In this document: positions 1 through 9,460 of the stretch, one piece after another
Position numbering within the stretch: position 1 is the stretch's first letter
Layout of the letters: the number at the start of each line of letters is the position of its first letter
Origin: Acidobacteriota bacterium
GTDB taxonomy: Bacteria > Acidobacteriota > Terriglobia > Terriglobales > SCQP01
NCBI GenBank assembly: GCA_027459505.1
Contig: DAIDIE010000018.1
Coordinates: 19,571-83,570, forward strand
Length of the DNA: 64,000 nt
Direction: 5' to 3'
Notes under the pieces: generated by a model
What the model saw: only the letters and a program-made list of their open reading frames with translations
What the model was told of the DNA's origin: nothing
Databases searched by the model: none
Position numbers and translations under genes: made by a program

Positions 1-225
1 ATTTGCCGATTTGAGATTGGTTCAAGTGCAAAGGGCGCATTCTCCTGAGCTGATCTGGCGCCGGAGGGGCCAGGGCTCGCGCGGCAAAACAATCAGGCAG
101 CGAGCGTCGCGCGGCAGGCGCCGCTTTGGAGCGCCACCCGCTTTCAGAAACTGCACGCGCGCAAAACCGCCGCAACGCGCAATAACGACAGCTTACCTCA
201 AGGGAGCGCTTGGTGCGGTGCAAAC

Positions 226-253
226 AAAAACGGGGTGGGCACAGCCCACCCCG
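226..253 (-). terminator. Rho-independent terminator downstream of pfk
   Basis: Perfect stem CGGGGTGGGC-aca-GCCCACCCCG with an A-run at 226-230 (U-tract on minus strand), about 25 nt after the pfk stop. Confidence 0.75.
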
Positions 254-276
254 ATGACCAGAACCGCATGTGGCGA

Positions 277-1308
277 TCAGCCGGAGAAGACTTCCGAGAG
301 TTTGTACAAGTCGGGATCGACCTTACGGTTTTTGCCGAGGGCCTGTTCCAGCGGGACGGCGGTCAGCTTCTGGCCCTGGAGAGAGGCCATCTGTCCGAAT
401 TCGCCATTGTGGACCATGTCGATGGCCTGAATGCCGTAGCGGGTGGCCAGGACGCGATCGAAAGCGGTGGGAGAGCCGCCGCGCTGAATATGGCCGAGGA
501 TGACGGCGCGGGTTTCAAAACCGGTACGCTTTTCGATCTCCTCGGAGAGGCGGGTACCAATGCCGCCGAGGCGGACGTGTCCGAACTCGTCGACCTTGGC
601 GCTGGTGGTGACCTGATCGCTCTGGGCGGCCATTTTGGCGCCTTCGGCGACGACGACGATGCTGAAGAACTTGCCGCGGGCGGCGCGGCGCTTGAGCATG
701 TCGCAGACGTTTTCCAGGTCAATTTCGTATTCCGGAACGAGGATGACATCGGCGCCGCCGGCGATGCCGGAGTAGGTGGCGATCCAGCCGGCGTCGCGTC
801 CCATGACCTCGACGACCATGACGCGGTTGTGGGCCTCGGCGGTGGTATGGAGGCGATCGATGGCCTCGGTGGCGATATTGACCGCGGTGTCGAAACCGAA
901 GCAGAAGTCGGTGCCGCCGAGGTCGTTATCGATGGTTTTGGGCACGCCGACGACTTTGAGGCCGGCCTTGTGCAGCTTGAGGGCGACGCCCAGGGTGTCA
1001 TCGCCGCCGATTGCGATCAGCGCGTCGAGGTTATTGGCCTTGAAGGTGGCCTTGACGCGATCCAGGCCGTCAGGGTACTTGGCCACATTGGTGCGTGAGG
1101 TGCGCAGGATGGTGCCGCCGCGATGGACGATGCCGGCGATCGCGTCGAGGTCCAGCACCTGGGTGTTGTTCTCCAACACGCCGCGCCAGCCTTCCAGGAA
1201 ACCAATCATGTTGTCGTTGTAGACCATCGTGCCTTTGCGTACAGCCGCACGGATGACCGCATTGAGACCGGGGCAGTCCCCGCCTCCGGTAAGAATTCCT
1301 ACGCGCAT
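277..1308 (-). CDS. pfkA: 6-phosphofructokinase (PfkA family, PPi-type signature)
   Basis: Motifs ILTGGGDCPGLN, RGGTILRTSR, GGDDT, PKTIDND, EVMGR, LGHIQRGG. Confidence 0.95.
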   Translation of the reverse strand: MRVGILTGGGDCPGLNAVIRAAVRKGTMVYNDNMIGFLEGWRGVLENNTQVLDLDAIAGIVHRGGTILRTSRTNVAKYPDGLDRVKATFKANNLDALIAIGGDDTLGVALKLHKAGLKVVGVPKTIDNDLGGTDFCFGFDTAVNIATEAIDRLHTTAEAHNRVMVVEVMGRDAGWIATYSGIAGGADVILVPEYEIDLENVCDMLKRRAARGKFFSIVVVAEGAKMAAQSDQVTTSAKVDEFGHVRLGGIGTRLSEEIEKRTGFETRAVILGHIQRGGSPTAFDRVLATRYGIQAIDMVHNGEFGQMASLQGQKLTAVPLEQALGKNRKVDPDLYKLSEVFSG

Positions 1309-1454
1309 GAGCCGCTCTCCTCTATGAAAATGCGGGGATGTTAAAAGCTAATCAGTTTACCGTACTTGAGGGCTGGTTTCAGAAGTTTTTGCCTCTGTCC
1401 GGGAAGCTTTTTTCGCGGTGCGCATGAACGGGGTTTTGAAGATGGACGGCGCAG

Positions 1455-1504
1455 GGCATTGAAGCGTTTGCGCAGCGGGGAACGAGGCATTGAAGCGTTT
1501 GCGC
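1455..1504. promoter_or_regulatory. Two identical 19-bp direct repeats (GGCATTGAAGCGTTTGCGC), LacI/Cra-like operator candidates
   Basis: Exact copies at 1455-1473 and 1486-1504 in the divergent pfk/nfo intergenic region; core TGAAGCGTTT resembles LacI-family operators. Confidence 0.45.
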
Positions 1505-1535
1505 GCGCGGATAAGGCGGTGCGGATGCGTGCGTT

Positions 1536-2414
1536 ATGATGAACAATTACATGCCGCGCAGCAAACCAAGCAGCAGCTACGTGATTGGAGTTCACACTTC
1601 CACGGCCGGCGGGCTGGAGACGGCGGCCGATCGCGCGCGGCAATTGGGCTGCAATGCGCTGCAGATTTTCTCCTCCAGTCCGCGGCAATGGCGAGGTGTG
1701 GCTCCGAGTGAGCAGTGCTGCGCGGAGATGCGGCGGCGGCGGGTGGAGTATGGGCTGAAAACGCTGGTCATCCACGCCAATTACCTGATCAATCTGGCGG
1801 GCTTTAACGACGAGTTTCACCAGAAGTCGCAGACTGCGTTTCGTGGCGAGTTGGAGCGGGCGGCGGCGCTGGGGGCGGAGTATCTGGTGCTGCATCCGGG
1901 CAGCAGCACGGGAGGCGAGCACGGCGAGAGCATACGGCGGCTGCTGGCCACGATCCGGGCCAGCAGCGAAGGGTTTGACTGGAAGGGGCTGACCCTGCTG
2001 ATAGAAAACACCGCCGGAGGCGGCAACCATCTGGGAGGGAACTTCGAAGAGGTAGCGGAGATTCTCGAGGGGTTGCGCGGGCTGCCGGTGGCGGCCTGTC
2101 TGGACACCTGCCATTGCTGGGCAGCGGGCTACGATCTGGTGAGCGCGGAAGGCTTTGAGCAGGTGATGACGGGGGTGGAGCGGATTTTAGGCTGGCGGCA
2201 GGTTCCGGTGTTGCATCTGAACGATTCCAAGGGCGGGCTGGGCTCGCATCTGGACCGCCATGAACACATTGGGGCTGGACAACTGGGCGGGGAGGTATTC
2301 CGCCGGCTGCTGCGCGAGCCGCGTCTGAAGGGAAAAACATTCATCCTGGAAACGCCGGTGGACGGACCGGAAGATCAGAGACGCGATCTGGAAGCGCTGC
2401 GCGCGTTGATTTAG
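1536..2414 (+). CDS. nfo: Endonuclease IV (AP endonuclease 2)
   Basis: GVHTS, LQIFSSSPRQW, HANYLINLA, VLHPGS, IENTAG, CLDTCH, HLNDSK, DRHEHIG, ILETP motifs. Confidence 0.95.
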   Translation: MMNNYMPRSKPSSSYVIGVHTSTAGGLETAADRARQLGCNALQIFSSSPRQWRGVAPSEQCCAEMRRRRVEYGLKTLVIHANYLINLAGFNDEFHQKSQTAFRGELERAAALGAEYLVLHPGSSTGGEHGESIRRLLATIRASSEGFDWKGLTLLIENTAGGGNHLGGNFEEVAEILEGLRGLPVAACLDTCHCWAAGYDLVSAEGFEQVMTGVERILGWRQVPVLHLNDSKGGLGSHLDRHEHIGAGQLGGEVFRRLLREPRLKGKTFILETPVDGPEDQRRDLEALRALI

Positions 2415-2425
2415 GCAAAAACATT

Positions 2426-4933
2426 ATGGAACGTGAGTTTAAGCCGCTGGAGTTTGAACCCCGCTGGGCGGAGCGTTGGGCCGCCGAGCCGCCGTTTAGT
2501 TTGTTGCAGGGGCAGTCGGGCCGTCCCAAGTACTATGTGCTGGAAATGTTGCCCTACCCCAGCGGCACGCTGCACATGGGGCATGTGCGCAACTATGCGA
2601 TCGGGGACGCGCTGGCGCGTTTCATGTGGATGCGGGGATACGACGTTCTGCACCCGATGGGATGGGACTCGTTTGGGTTGCCGGCGGAGAACGCGGCGAT
2701 CAAGAACAACGTTCCGCCGCGGGATTGGACACTGCGCAACATCAGTCACATGAAGCGGCAGGATCTGCGCTTCGGATTCAGCTATGACTGGCAGCGGGAA
2801 GTCACCACGTGTTTGCCGGATTACTACCGTTGGAACCAGTGGCTGTTTTTGCAGTTTTACAAGCGCGGGCTGGCGTTCCGGAAGAAGGGAACGGTGAACT
2901 GGTGCCCCAAATGCGCCACCGTGCTGGCGAACGAGCAGGTGGCGGGCGGGGTGTGCTGGCGGCACGAGGACACGCCCGTGGAACTGCGCGAACTGGAGCA
3001 GTGGTATTTCCGCACCTCGGCGTATGCGGAAGAGCTGCTGCGGGATCTGGACGGGATGGCGGGCTGGCCGGAGCGGGTGCGCACGATGCAGCGCAACTGG
3101 ATCGGGCGCAGCGAGGGTGCGGAGGTGGACTTCACGCTGCGGGATGCGCAGGGAGACGCGGCCGCCGGCGCGGCGATACGCGTCTTTACCACGCGCATTG
3201 ACACGATCTACGGAGCGGCGGCGGTGTTTTTAGCGCCCGAGCATTCGCTGACCGCGCAACTGTTGCGTGGCGCCGAGCTGGAGAAGGCGCGCGCCCTGCG
3301 CTCGACGTTTAAGGCCGGTTTCGATCCCAGCAAGGAACCGGAAAAAGAGGGTTTGTTCACCGGCGCCTACGCCGTGAATCCGTTCAATGGCCAGGCGCTG
3401 CCCATCTGGGTGGCGAACTTCATCCTGATGGGGTACGGCACCGGCGCCATCATGGCCGTACCGGCGCACGACGAACGCGACTTCGATTTCTGCAGGAAGT
3501 ACGGGATTGCGTTCAAGCAGGTGATCGTGCCGGCGGGCGAGGCGGCGCGGGAGCGGCTGGATGCGGCGCTGGTGGAAGATGGGCTGCTGGTGGAATCGGG
3601 TCCGTTCAGCGGCTTGCCGAACCGCGGCCCGAACGGGGCGATTGCCGCGATGACGCGCTACGCGGAAGAAAAAGGTTTTGGAAAGGGAACGGTCACCTAC
3701 CGCCTGCAGGATTGGGGCATTTCCCGGCAGCGCTATTGGGGCACGCCCATCCCCATGGTGCATTGCGAAAAATGCGGGGTGGTTGCGGTGCCGGAGTCGC
3801 AACTGCCGGTGTTGCTGCCGCAGGATGTGAAGATCACCGGCAGCGGGCAATCGCCGTTGGCCTCGGACGCGTCATTTCTGAATACAAGCTGCCCGCAGTG
3901 CGGCGGCGCGGCGCGGCGCGAGACCGATACCATGGACACGTTTGTGGATTCGTCGTGGTACTTCTACCGCTACGTTTCGCCCAAGGCGGATGACGCGCCG
4001 TTTTACTCCGATGACGTACGCCGGTGGTTTCCGGTGGATCAGTACATTGGCGGCATCGAGCATGCCATTCTGCACCTGATCTACACGCGCTTCTTCACCA
4101 AAGTCTTCCGCGACCTCGGGCTGGTGGACTTCAAGGAGCCGGTGGAACGCCTGTTTACACAGGGAATGATTACGCGGCATGGGGCGAAGATGTCGAAGTC
4201 GAAGGGCAACGTGGTCGATCCCGCCGAGCTGGTGGACCGCTACGGGGCCGATTCCGCGCGCATGTACGTGCTGTTTGCCGCGCCTCCGGAGAAAGATTTC
4301 GACTGGAACGACCAGGGGGTGGAAGGGATACATCGTTTTCTGGCGCGGGTATTCCGGCTGGCCACGCGCAACGGCGAGGCGGCAAGGCGGGCGCTCTCCA
4401 GCCGGGAGGAGGTTACGGCGCAGAACCCGGTGGAGGCGGCTTTGCTGCGCAAGACGCATCAGGTACTGGCGCGCATAACCGAAGACTTTGACGGACGCTG
4501 GCATTTCAACACTTCCATTGCCGCGATCATGGAGCTGACCAACGAGCTTTACGCCAGCGAGGCGGCACTGCAAGGCAGCGGGCATGGGCAACTAGTGCTG
4601 GGCCAGACCATTGCGATACTGGTACGCATGCTGGCGCCCTTTGCTCCCTTCACGGCGCAGGAGTTGTGGAGCGAGTTCAGTCAGGAGAGTCCTCTGGCAC
4701 TGGAGAGCTGGCCGGAGTTTGACGCCGGCTTGGCGAAAGAAGAGGAAATCGAAATCCCGGTGCAGGTCAATGGCAAGCTGCGCAGCCGATTGCTGGTCGC
4801 TCCCCACACCGATGAGGCGCGTCTGCGGGAACTGGCGCAGGCCGACGAGAAGGTGCTGGCGCATACGGACGGCAAGCAGATCGTGAAAGTGGTGGTGATC
4901 CCGGACAAGCTGGTGAATATTGTGGTGCGATGA
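2426..4933 (+). CDS. leuS: Leucine--tRNA ligase
   Basis: PYPSGxLHMGH (HIGH), GWDSFGLPAENAA, DWGISRQRYWG, KMSKS, C-terminal VQVNGKLR. Confidence 0.98.
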   Translation: MEREFKPLEFEPRWAERWAAEPPFSLLQGQSGRPKYYVLEMLPYPSGTLHMGHVRNYAIGDALARFMWMRGYDVLHPMGWDSFGLPAENAAIKNNVPPRDWTLRNISHMKRQDLRFGFSYDWQREVTTCLPDYYRWNQWLFLQFYKRGLAFRKKGTVNWCPKCATVLANEQVAGGVCWRHEDTPVELRELEQWYFRTSAYAEELLRDLDGMAGWPERVRTMQRNWIGRSEGAEVDFTLRDAQGDAAAGAAIRVFTTRIDTIYGAAAVFLAPEHSLTAQLLRGAELEKARALRSTFKAGFDPSKEPEKEGLFTGAYAVNPFNGQALPIWVANFILMGYGTGAIMAVPAHDERDFDFCRKYGIAFKQVIVPAGEAARERLDAALVEDGLLVESGPFSGLPNRGPNGAIAAMTRYAEEKGFGKGTVTYRLQDWGISRQRYWGTPIPMVHCEKCGVVAVPESQLPVLLPQDVKITGSGQSPLASDASFLNTSCPQCGGAARRETDTMDTFVDSSWYFYRYVSPKADDAPFYSDDVRRWFPVDQYIGGIEHAILHLIYTRFFTKVFRDLGLVDFKEPVERLFTQGMITRHGAKMSKSKGNVVDPAELVDRYGADSARMYVLFAAPPEKDFDWNDQGVEGIHRFLARVFRLATRNGEAARRALSSREEVTAQNPVEAALLRKTHQVLARITEDFDGRWHFNTSIAAIMELTNELYASEAALQGSGHGQLVLGQTIAILVRMLAPFAPFTAQELWSEFSQESPLALESWPEFDAGLAKEEEIEIPVQVNGKLRSRLLVAPHTDEARLRELAQADEKVLAHTDGKQIVKVVVIPDKLVNIVVR

Positions 4934-4976
4934 GGGCGGGGTGGTTTAGCTTTTCCGCTGCTGCGGTTTACACCCC

Positions 4977-5300
4977 TCAGCCCTGCCGCGCCAGGTACTG
5001 CTCGATGGATTCACCGAGGCGTTCGCGGAAGCGTTCGGCGATGGCGGGGATTTCGCCGGCGCGTTCGTCGAGCAGGATACGCTCGACGCGATGCATGGGG
5101 AAGAATGAGGTGGGGAAGGGGAGGGCGGGGCCGGCGCCGTCCTGGGCGCGATGTTCGCGGACCTGGGTGATGAAGTCGTCGAGTGAATTGAGCTCGATGG
5201 CGCGCAGGGTGACGCCCCCGGGCTGCAGGGCGATGAGTTCACCCCAATAGCGTTCGCGCGGATTGCCGAGGGTGAGCAGGACGATGCAAGGAAGGTTCAT
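4977..5300 (-). CDS. Conserved hypothetical protein (107 aa)
   Basis: Start overlaps the scoB stop; plausible globular beta-rich sequence. Confidence 0.7.
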   Translation of the reverse strand: MNLPCIVLLTLGNPRERYWGELIALQPGGVTLRAIELNSLDDFITQVREHRAQDGAGPALPFPTSFFPMHRVERILLDERAGEIPAIAERFRERLGESIEQYLARQG

Positions 5301-5959
5301 GCGGGCATTTCCCGTAGATGCGGTGAGCGCAGCAGGGTGGCTTCCGTGGCGGCCTGCACCTGTTCAAAGCTGAGTCCCGGGGCGATCTCTTCCAGCAGGA
5401 TGCCTTGCGGGGTGAGGCGCATGAAGCCCATCTCGGTGACGATGAAGTTCACCGCCGCCAGGCCGGTGAGGGGCAGCCGGCATTGCTTGAGGATTTTGGG
5501 ACCGCCGTCGTGGGTGGTGTGTTCCATGGCGACGTAGAGGCAGCGGGCGCCGGCGACCAGATCCATGGCGCCTCCCATGCCTTTGATGAGCTTGCCGGGC
5601 ACCATCCAGTTGGCGATGTTGCCGCGCTCGTCGACCTCCATCGCGCCCATGACCGCCATATCAATGTGACCGCCGCGGATCATGGCGAAGGAATCGGCGC
5701 TATTGAAATAGCAGCAGCCGGGGATTTCGCTGACCGTCTCCTTGCCGGCGTTGATGAGGTCGGCGTCCTCCTCGCCTTCATAGGGATAAGGGCCGACGCC
5801 GAGCATACCGTTTTCCGACTGCAGCACCACCTCGATGCCGGGAGGAACCAGGTTGCTGACCAGGGTGGGCAAACCGATGCCGAGGTTGACGTAGTAGCCG
5901 TCGCGCAGTTCGCGGGCGACGCGGCGAGCGATGAGCATGCGCTTGTCCTGATCTTTCAT
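5297..5959 (-). CDS. scoB: 3-oxoacid CoA-transferase subunit B
   Basis: YVNLGIGLPT, QSENG catalytic motif, GMGGAMDL; ATG at 5959 overlaps the scoA stop. Confidence 0.95.
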   Translation of the reverse strand: MKDQDKRMLIARRVARELRDGYYVNLGIGLPTLVSNLVPPGIEVVLQSENGMLGVGPYPYEGEEDADLINAGKETVSEIPGCCYFNSADSFAMIRGGHIDMAVMGAMEVDERGNIANWMVPGKLIKGMGGAMDLVAGARCLYVAMEHTTHDGGPKILKQCRLPLTGLAAVNFIVTEMGFMRLTPQGILLEEIAPGLSFEQVQAATEATLLRSPHLREMPA

Positions 5960-6663
5960 TGGCCCGGCTCCCGTTTGCGGATGGTGCGGCGTTCGATGGG
6001 TTTGCGATAGGCGGCGCCCTGGATAAGGCGCTGGACGTAGATTCCCGGGGTGACGATGCACTCGGGGTCGAGGCCGCCGGGTTCAACGACCTCCTCGGCT
6101 TCGGCGATCGTGACGCGGGCGGCGGTGGCCATGATGGGATTGAAGTTGCGCGCGGTCTTGCGGTAGGTGAGGTTGCCCCAGCGGTCGGCGCGGTAGGCCT
6201 TAATCAGCGCGAAGTCGGCGCGCAGCCAGTGCTCCAGCAGGTAGGGGCGGCCGTCGAAGTCGCGCGTTTCCTTTCCCTGGGCAATCGGTGTGCCCACCCC
6301 GGCAGGTGTAAAGAAGGCGGGGATGCCGGCGCCACCGGCGCGGATGCGCTCGGCGAAAGTGCCTTGCGGAACCAATTCGGTTTCCAGGGTTCCTTCGCGG
6401 GTACGCTGCTCGAAGATCTTGTTCTCGCCGACGTAAGTGGAGATCATTTTGCGGATCTGTCCGGCGGCGAGCAGCACACCAATGCCTTCCGATTCAATGC
6501 CGGCGTTGTTGCTGATGACGGTGAGGTTGGTGACACCCTTCTTGTGCAGGGCCTGGAGGAGGTTTTCCGGATTACCGCTGAGGCCGAAGCCTCCGATCAT
6601 GAGCACGGCGCCATTGGCAATATCGGCGACCGCGTCATCGGCGCCGCGCACCAGCTTGTTCAT
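5956..6663 (-). CDS. scoA: 3-oxoacid CoA-transferase subunit A
   Basis: IGGFGLSGNPE, SNNAG, PQGTFAERIRAGGAGIPAF, RNFNP. Confidence 0.95.
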   Translation of the reverse strand: MNKLVRGADDAVADIANGAVLMIGGFGLSGNPENLLQALHKKGVTNLTVISNNAGIESEGIGVLLAAGQIRKMISTYVGENKIFEQRTREGTLETELVPQGTFAERIRAGGAGIPAFFTPAGVGTPIAQGKETRDFDGRPYLLEHWLRADFALIKAYRADRWGNLTYRKTARNFNPIMATAARVTIAEAEEVVEPGGLDPECIVTPGIYVQRLIQGAAYRKPIERRTIRKREPGQ

Positions 6664-6721
6664 GGCTTTATCTTACTCGCGGGAGCGGTGAAGGGAAGCG
6701 AGCGATGGGAAGCGCGGGCGC

Positions 6722-7582
6722 TTACCGTCCGCTCAGCAGGGAGCGCAGTTGGGCGCCCTGCTGGAACAGGCTTTCCATCTCGCGGGTGCGCAGGTGCTGG
6801 CGCATGAAGTCGAGCTGCTGTTGCAGGGCGGAGAGAGCGGCATCGATCTCGTCGCTGTTGGTCAGGAGGATGTCGCGCCATAAGGCGTAGGAACTGGCGG
6901 CAAGGCGAGTCATGTCGCGGACGCCGGGGCCGGCGGCCCGCAGTTGGTCTGGCGTGGCGGCAAAGACATCGGCGAGCTGGCTGGCGAGAGCGGTGGAAAG
7001 GAGCTGAGGCAGGTGGCTCAGCAGGGCGAGCACGTGATCGTGCTGATCGGGGGACATCCAAAGCGGATGGGCGCCGGCGGCGGCAATGACCGCAAGCAGA
7101 GGGGCGGCATGCTGTTGCTCGCCTATTAGTATCCAACCGCGGTCCTGAAAGAGGGTGGGGGAGGCGTGCTGGAGACCTGAGGTTTCGCGTCCGGCCATGG
7201 GATGACCACCGATGAAACGGCTGCCGAGCAGTTGAGTTCCGCGTTGAACGATGGCGCGTTTGGTGCTCCCAAAATCGGAGACGACGGTGTGGGCAGGGAC
7301 GGCGGCGGCGACCTCGGGAAGCAGATTTAAGATGGCGCCGACGGGGGTGCAGAGCAGCACCAGGTCGGCGGAACTACAGGCCTCGCGAAGCGAGGCGGCG
7401 GCGTGATCGAGCAGCCCGTCGCGCAGCGCCTGCGCAAGAGTGGTATCGCGGTCATAGCCGGTTAGCTCGCAGGGGAACGCGGCGGCGCGCAGGGCAAGAG
7501 CAAGAGAGCCGCCGAGCAGGCCCACCCCAATGATGGTGATGCGGAGAGGGCGAGGGGAAGCGCTGTTCGGTGAATCCGGCAC
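6722..7582 (-). CDS. tyrA: Prephenate dehydrogenase
   Basis: IIGVGLLGGS Rossmann motif, DFGSTK, GGHPMAG, HD...SHLP, RDMTRLA; start placed at GTG 7582 (the longer ORF overlaps the next gene). Confidence 0.9.
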   Translation of the reverse strand: MPDSPNSASPRPLRITIIGVGLLGGSLALALRAAAFPCELTGYDRDTTLAQALRDGLLDHAAASLREACSSADLVLLCTPVGAILNLLPEVAAAVPAHTVVSDFGSTKRAIVQRGTQLLGSRFIGGHPMAGRETSGLQHASPTLFQDRGWILIGEQQHAAPLLAVIAAAGAHPLWMSPDQHDHVLALLSHLPQLLSTALASQLADVFAATPDQLRAAGPGVRDMTRLAASSYALWRDILLTNSDEIDAALSALQQQLDFMRQHLRTREMESLFQQGAQLRSLLSGR

Positions 7583-7779
7583 GGAAACGATTATACAGGC
7601 GGGGGATTCGCGAGGTTTGTGGCAAGCGCGTCGCGCAGCGAGGCACGGGGCGGGAGGCGAGGGGTTGACCGGGAGCAGTGGGTGAGCGCTGAAGTGGGCA
7701 AGGTCGCGGGTTCGGGCTCGAACTCGCGATCCATGCGAGCCGGCCCTGGCTCGTACGGTCGCCAGGGGCGTTTTAGAGC

Positions 7780-8115
7780 CTACAGTCCGCGCCCCCAGAA
7801 GGCGAAGGCCACGGCCATGACGACGCATAGCAAGGATGCGGCGTACTGCCAGCGCAGGGGCTCTTTGAAATAGATCCAGGCGAAAACCACGAAGACGCAG
7901 AGGGTGATGATCTCCTGAATGATTTTGAGTTGATATGGCGTAAAAGTGCGGTAGCCGATGCGGTTGGCGGGCACCTGGAAACAGTATTCGAAAAAGGCGA
8001 TTCCCCAACTCACGAGGATGACTTCCCAGAGCGGTGCGGAACGGTGTTTGAGGTGACCATACCAGGCAATGGTCATGAAGGTGTTGGAAATGATGAGGAG
8101 CAGTACGGTGATCAT
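7780..8115 (-). CDS. Small DMT-superfamily membrane protein (DUF486-like)
   Basis: SNTFMTIAWYGHLK, SWGIAFFEYCFQVPANRIG, QLKIIQE; four hydrophobic segments. Confidence 0.85.
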   Translation of the reverse strand: MITVLLLIISNTFMTIAWYGHLKHRSAPLWEVILVSWGIAFFEYCFQVPANRIGYRTFTPYQLKIIQEIITLCVFVVFAWIYFKEPLRWQYAASLLCVVMAVAFAFWGRGL

Positions 8116-8174
8116 GGGGCTATGGGGTGGCTGAATCGGGACTAAATAGAGTGTCCCATGCAGGGCGCCGGAAG

Positions 8175-9341
8175 TCAGCGGCCGCGGTCAGGGCGAGTGG
8201 CCTTATCGGAATACAGGGATTGGTCGGACTCTTCCAGGAGTTCACGAAGCGATTGGCCGCGATCCTGGAAGGCATAGCCGCAGGAGGTATGGACAGCGAC
8301 AGCATCGCCGGAGGGCAGAGTAATCGTGATGGGGAAGCAGCGTTCAATGCGCTCCAGGACGCGAATGCCCTCATCGAGGGTGACCTGATTGAGGATGACG
8401 AGGAACTCATCGCCGCCGAGGCGCAGGGCGGTGGCCTCAGGTTCGCGGGTGACGCGGCGGAGGGTTTGAGCGACCGCTTCGAGGGCCTGATCGCCGGCGG
8501 CGTGTCCGTAGGTATCGTTGATAGGTTTGAAGCCGTCGAGGTCGATGGCAATGACGGCCATGGCGCGGCCACGGACCGGCGGCTGCTGAGTGCGGCGCTC
8601 GAGGTACTCCTGCAGGAGGTGGCGATTGCCCAGGCCGGTGAGGGAATCGGTTTTGGCCATGTCGGCGATGCGCGACTCATATTGATCGAGCACCCAGCCG
8701 ACAATGAACCAGGTGAGGATCACGAGGGCCAGGCGGAGCAGGAAAGCGGCGCGGATGAGGAACGAGCGCACATGGCGGAGGCGGGCCTCGACACGGCCGG
8801 GGGGCTGCACGATACAGACGAAGTCGCCCAGCCCGGAAGACCAATGACAGGCCAACAGGGAGGGAGCGCCGCCGGGAGGAGTGGCGGGCAAGGTTCCGAG
8901 CAGGTCGGTCTGGGCGCTGAGGGCCTGGGCGAGCTTCACATGCTGGGTGCCGGCGGAGAGGTTGAGGCGCAACTGGGACCAGTCGCCGCCCACCAGGGAG
9001 GGGACGGGATGGGCAAGCAGGCGTCCGGAGGGACTGAGCAAGATGGCGTATTCACCGTGTGGGATGTTGAGGCGTTCCAGGAAAAGTTCTGTGGTCTGCA
9101 GGCTGGAGGGGGCGCCGGGCTGAGCGGGGCCATCGCTCTGTTCGAGGGCGGCGCTGAGAGCGGCGGCGGTCTGCTGGGCGTCCTGCAGGAACTGGACGGT
9201 GATTTGCTGTCTGACCAGGTGCAGGCTGGTAATTTCAACCGCGCCTTCGCCAAGGATCGAGACCGTCACCAGGGCGGCGGTGATGGTGATCTGCATGACG
9301 CGCGGGTTGCGAAGCCGCAGGATGGGGAGGCGCAGGCGCAC
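8175..9341 (-). CDS. Membrane-anchored diguanylate cyclase (GGDEF)
   Basis: DSLTGLGNR, IDLDGFKPINDTYGHAAGD, RLGGDEF; two TM segments flank an extracytoplasmic region; start uncertain (9341 or 9296). Confidence 0.88.
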   Translation of the reverse strand: MRLRLPILRLRNPRVMQITITAALVTVSILGEGAVEITSLHLVRQQITVQFLQDAQQTAAALSAALEQSDGPAQPGAPSSLQTTELFLERLNIPHGEYAILLSPSGRLLAHPVPSLVGGDWSQLRLNLSAGTQHVKLAQALSAQTDLLGTLPATPPGGAPSLLACHWSSGLGDFVCIVQPPGRVEARLRHVRSFLIRAAFLLRLALVILTWFIVGWVLDQYESRIADMAKTDSLTGLGNRHLLQEYLERRTQQPPVRGRAMAVIAIDLDGFKPINDTYGHAAGDQALEAVAQTLRRVTREPEATALRLGGDEFLVILNQVTLDEGIRVLERIERCFPITITLPSGDAVAVHTSCGYAFQDRGQSLRELLEESDQSLYSDKATRPDRGR

Positions 9342-9460
9342 GCGGTCATTATGGGGGCGGAAGCGAGGCAGGTAAATGAGAAAGAGACAGTAGAATCCAG
9401 GGCATAACGGGGAGCGAGGCGGCACAAGGGAGCGTGGGGTGCGTGCTAGACTTTTGGGCA

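Noticed and set aside
1..40. Possible minus-strand gene start at the window edge
   Set aside because: Only about 13 codons are visible and the SD spacing is atypical
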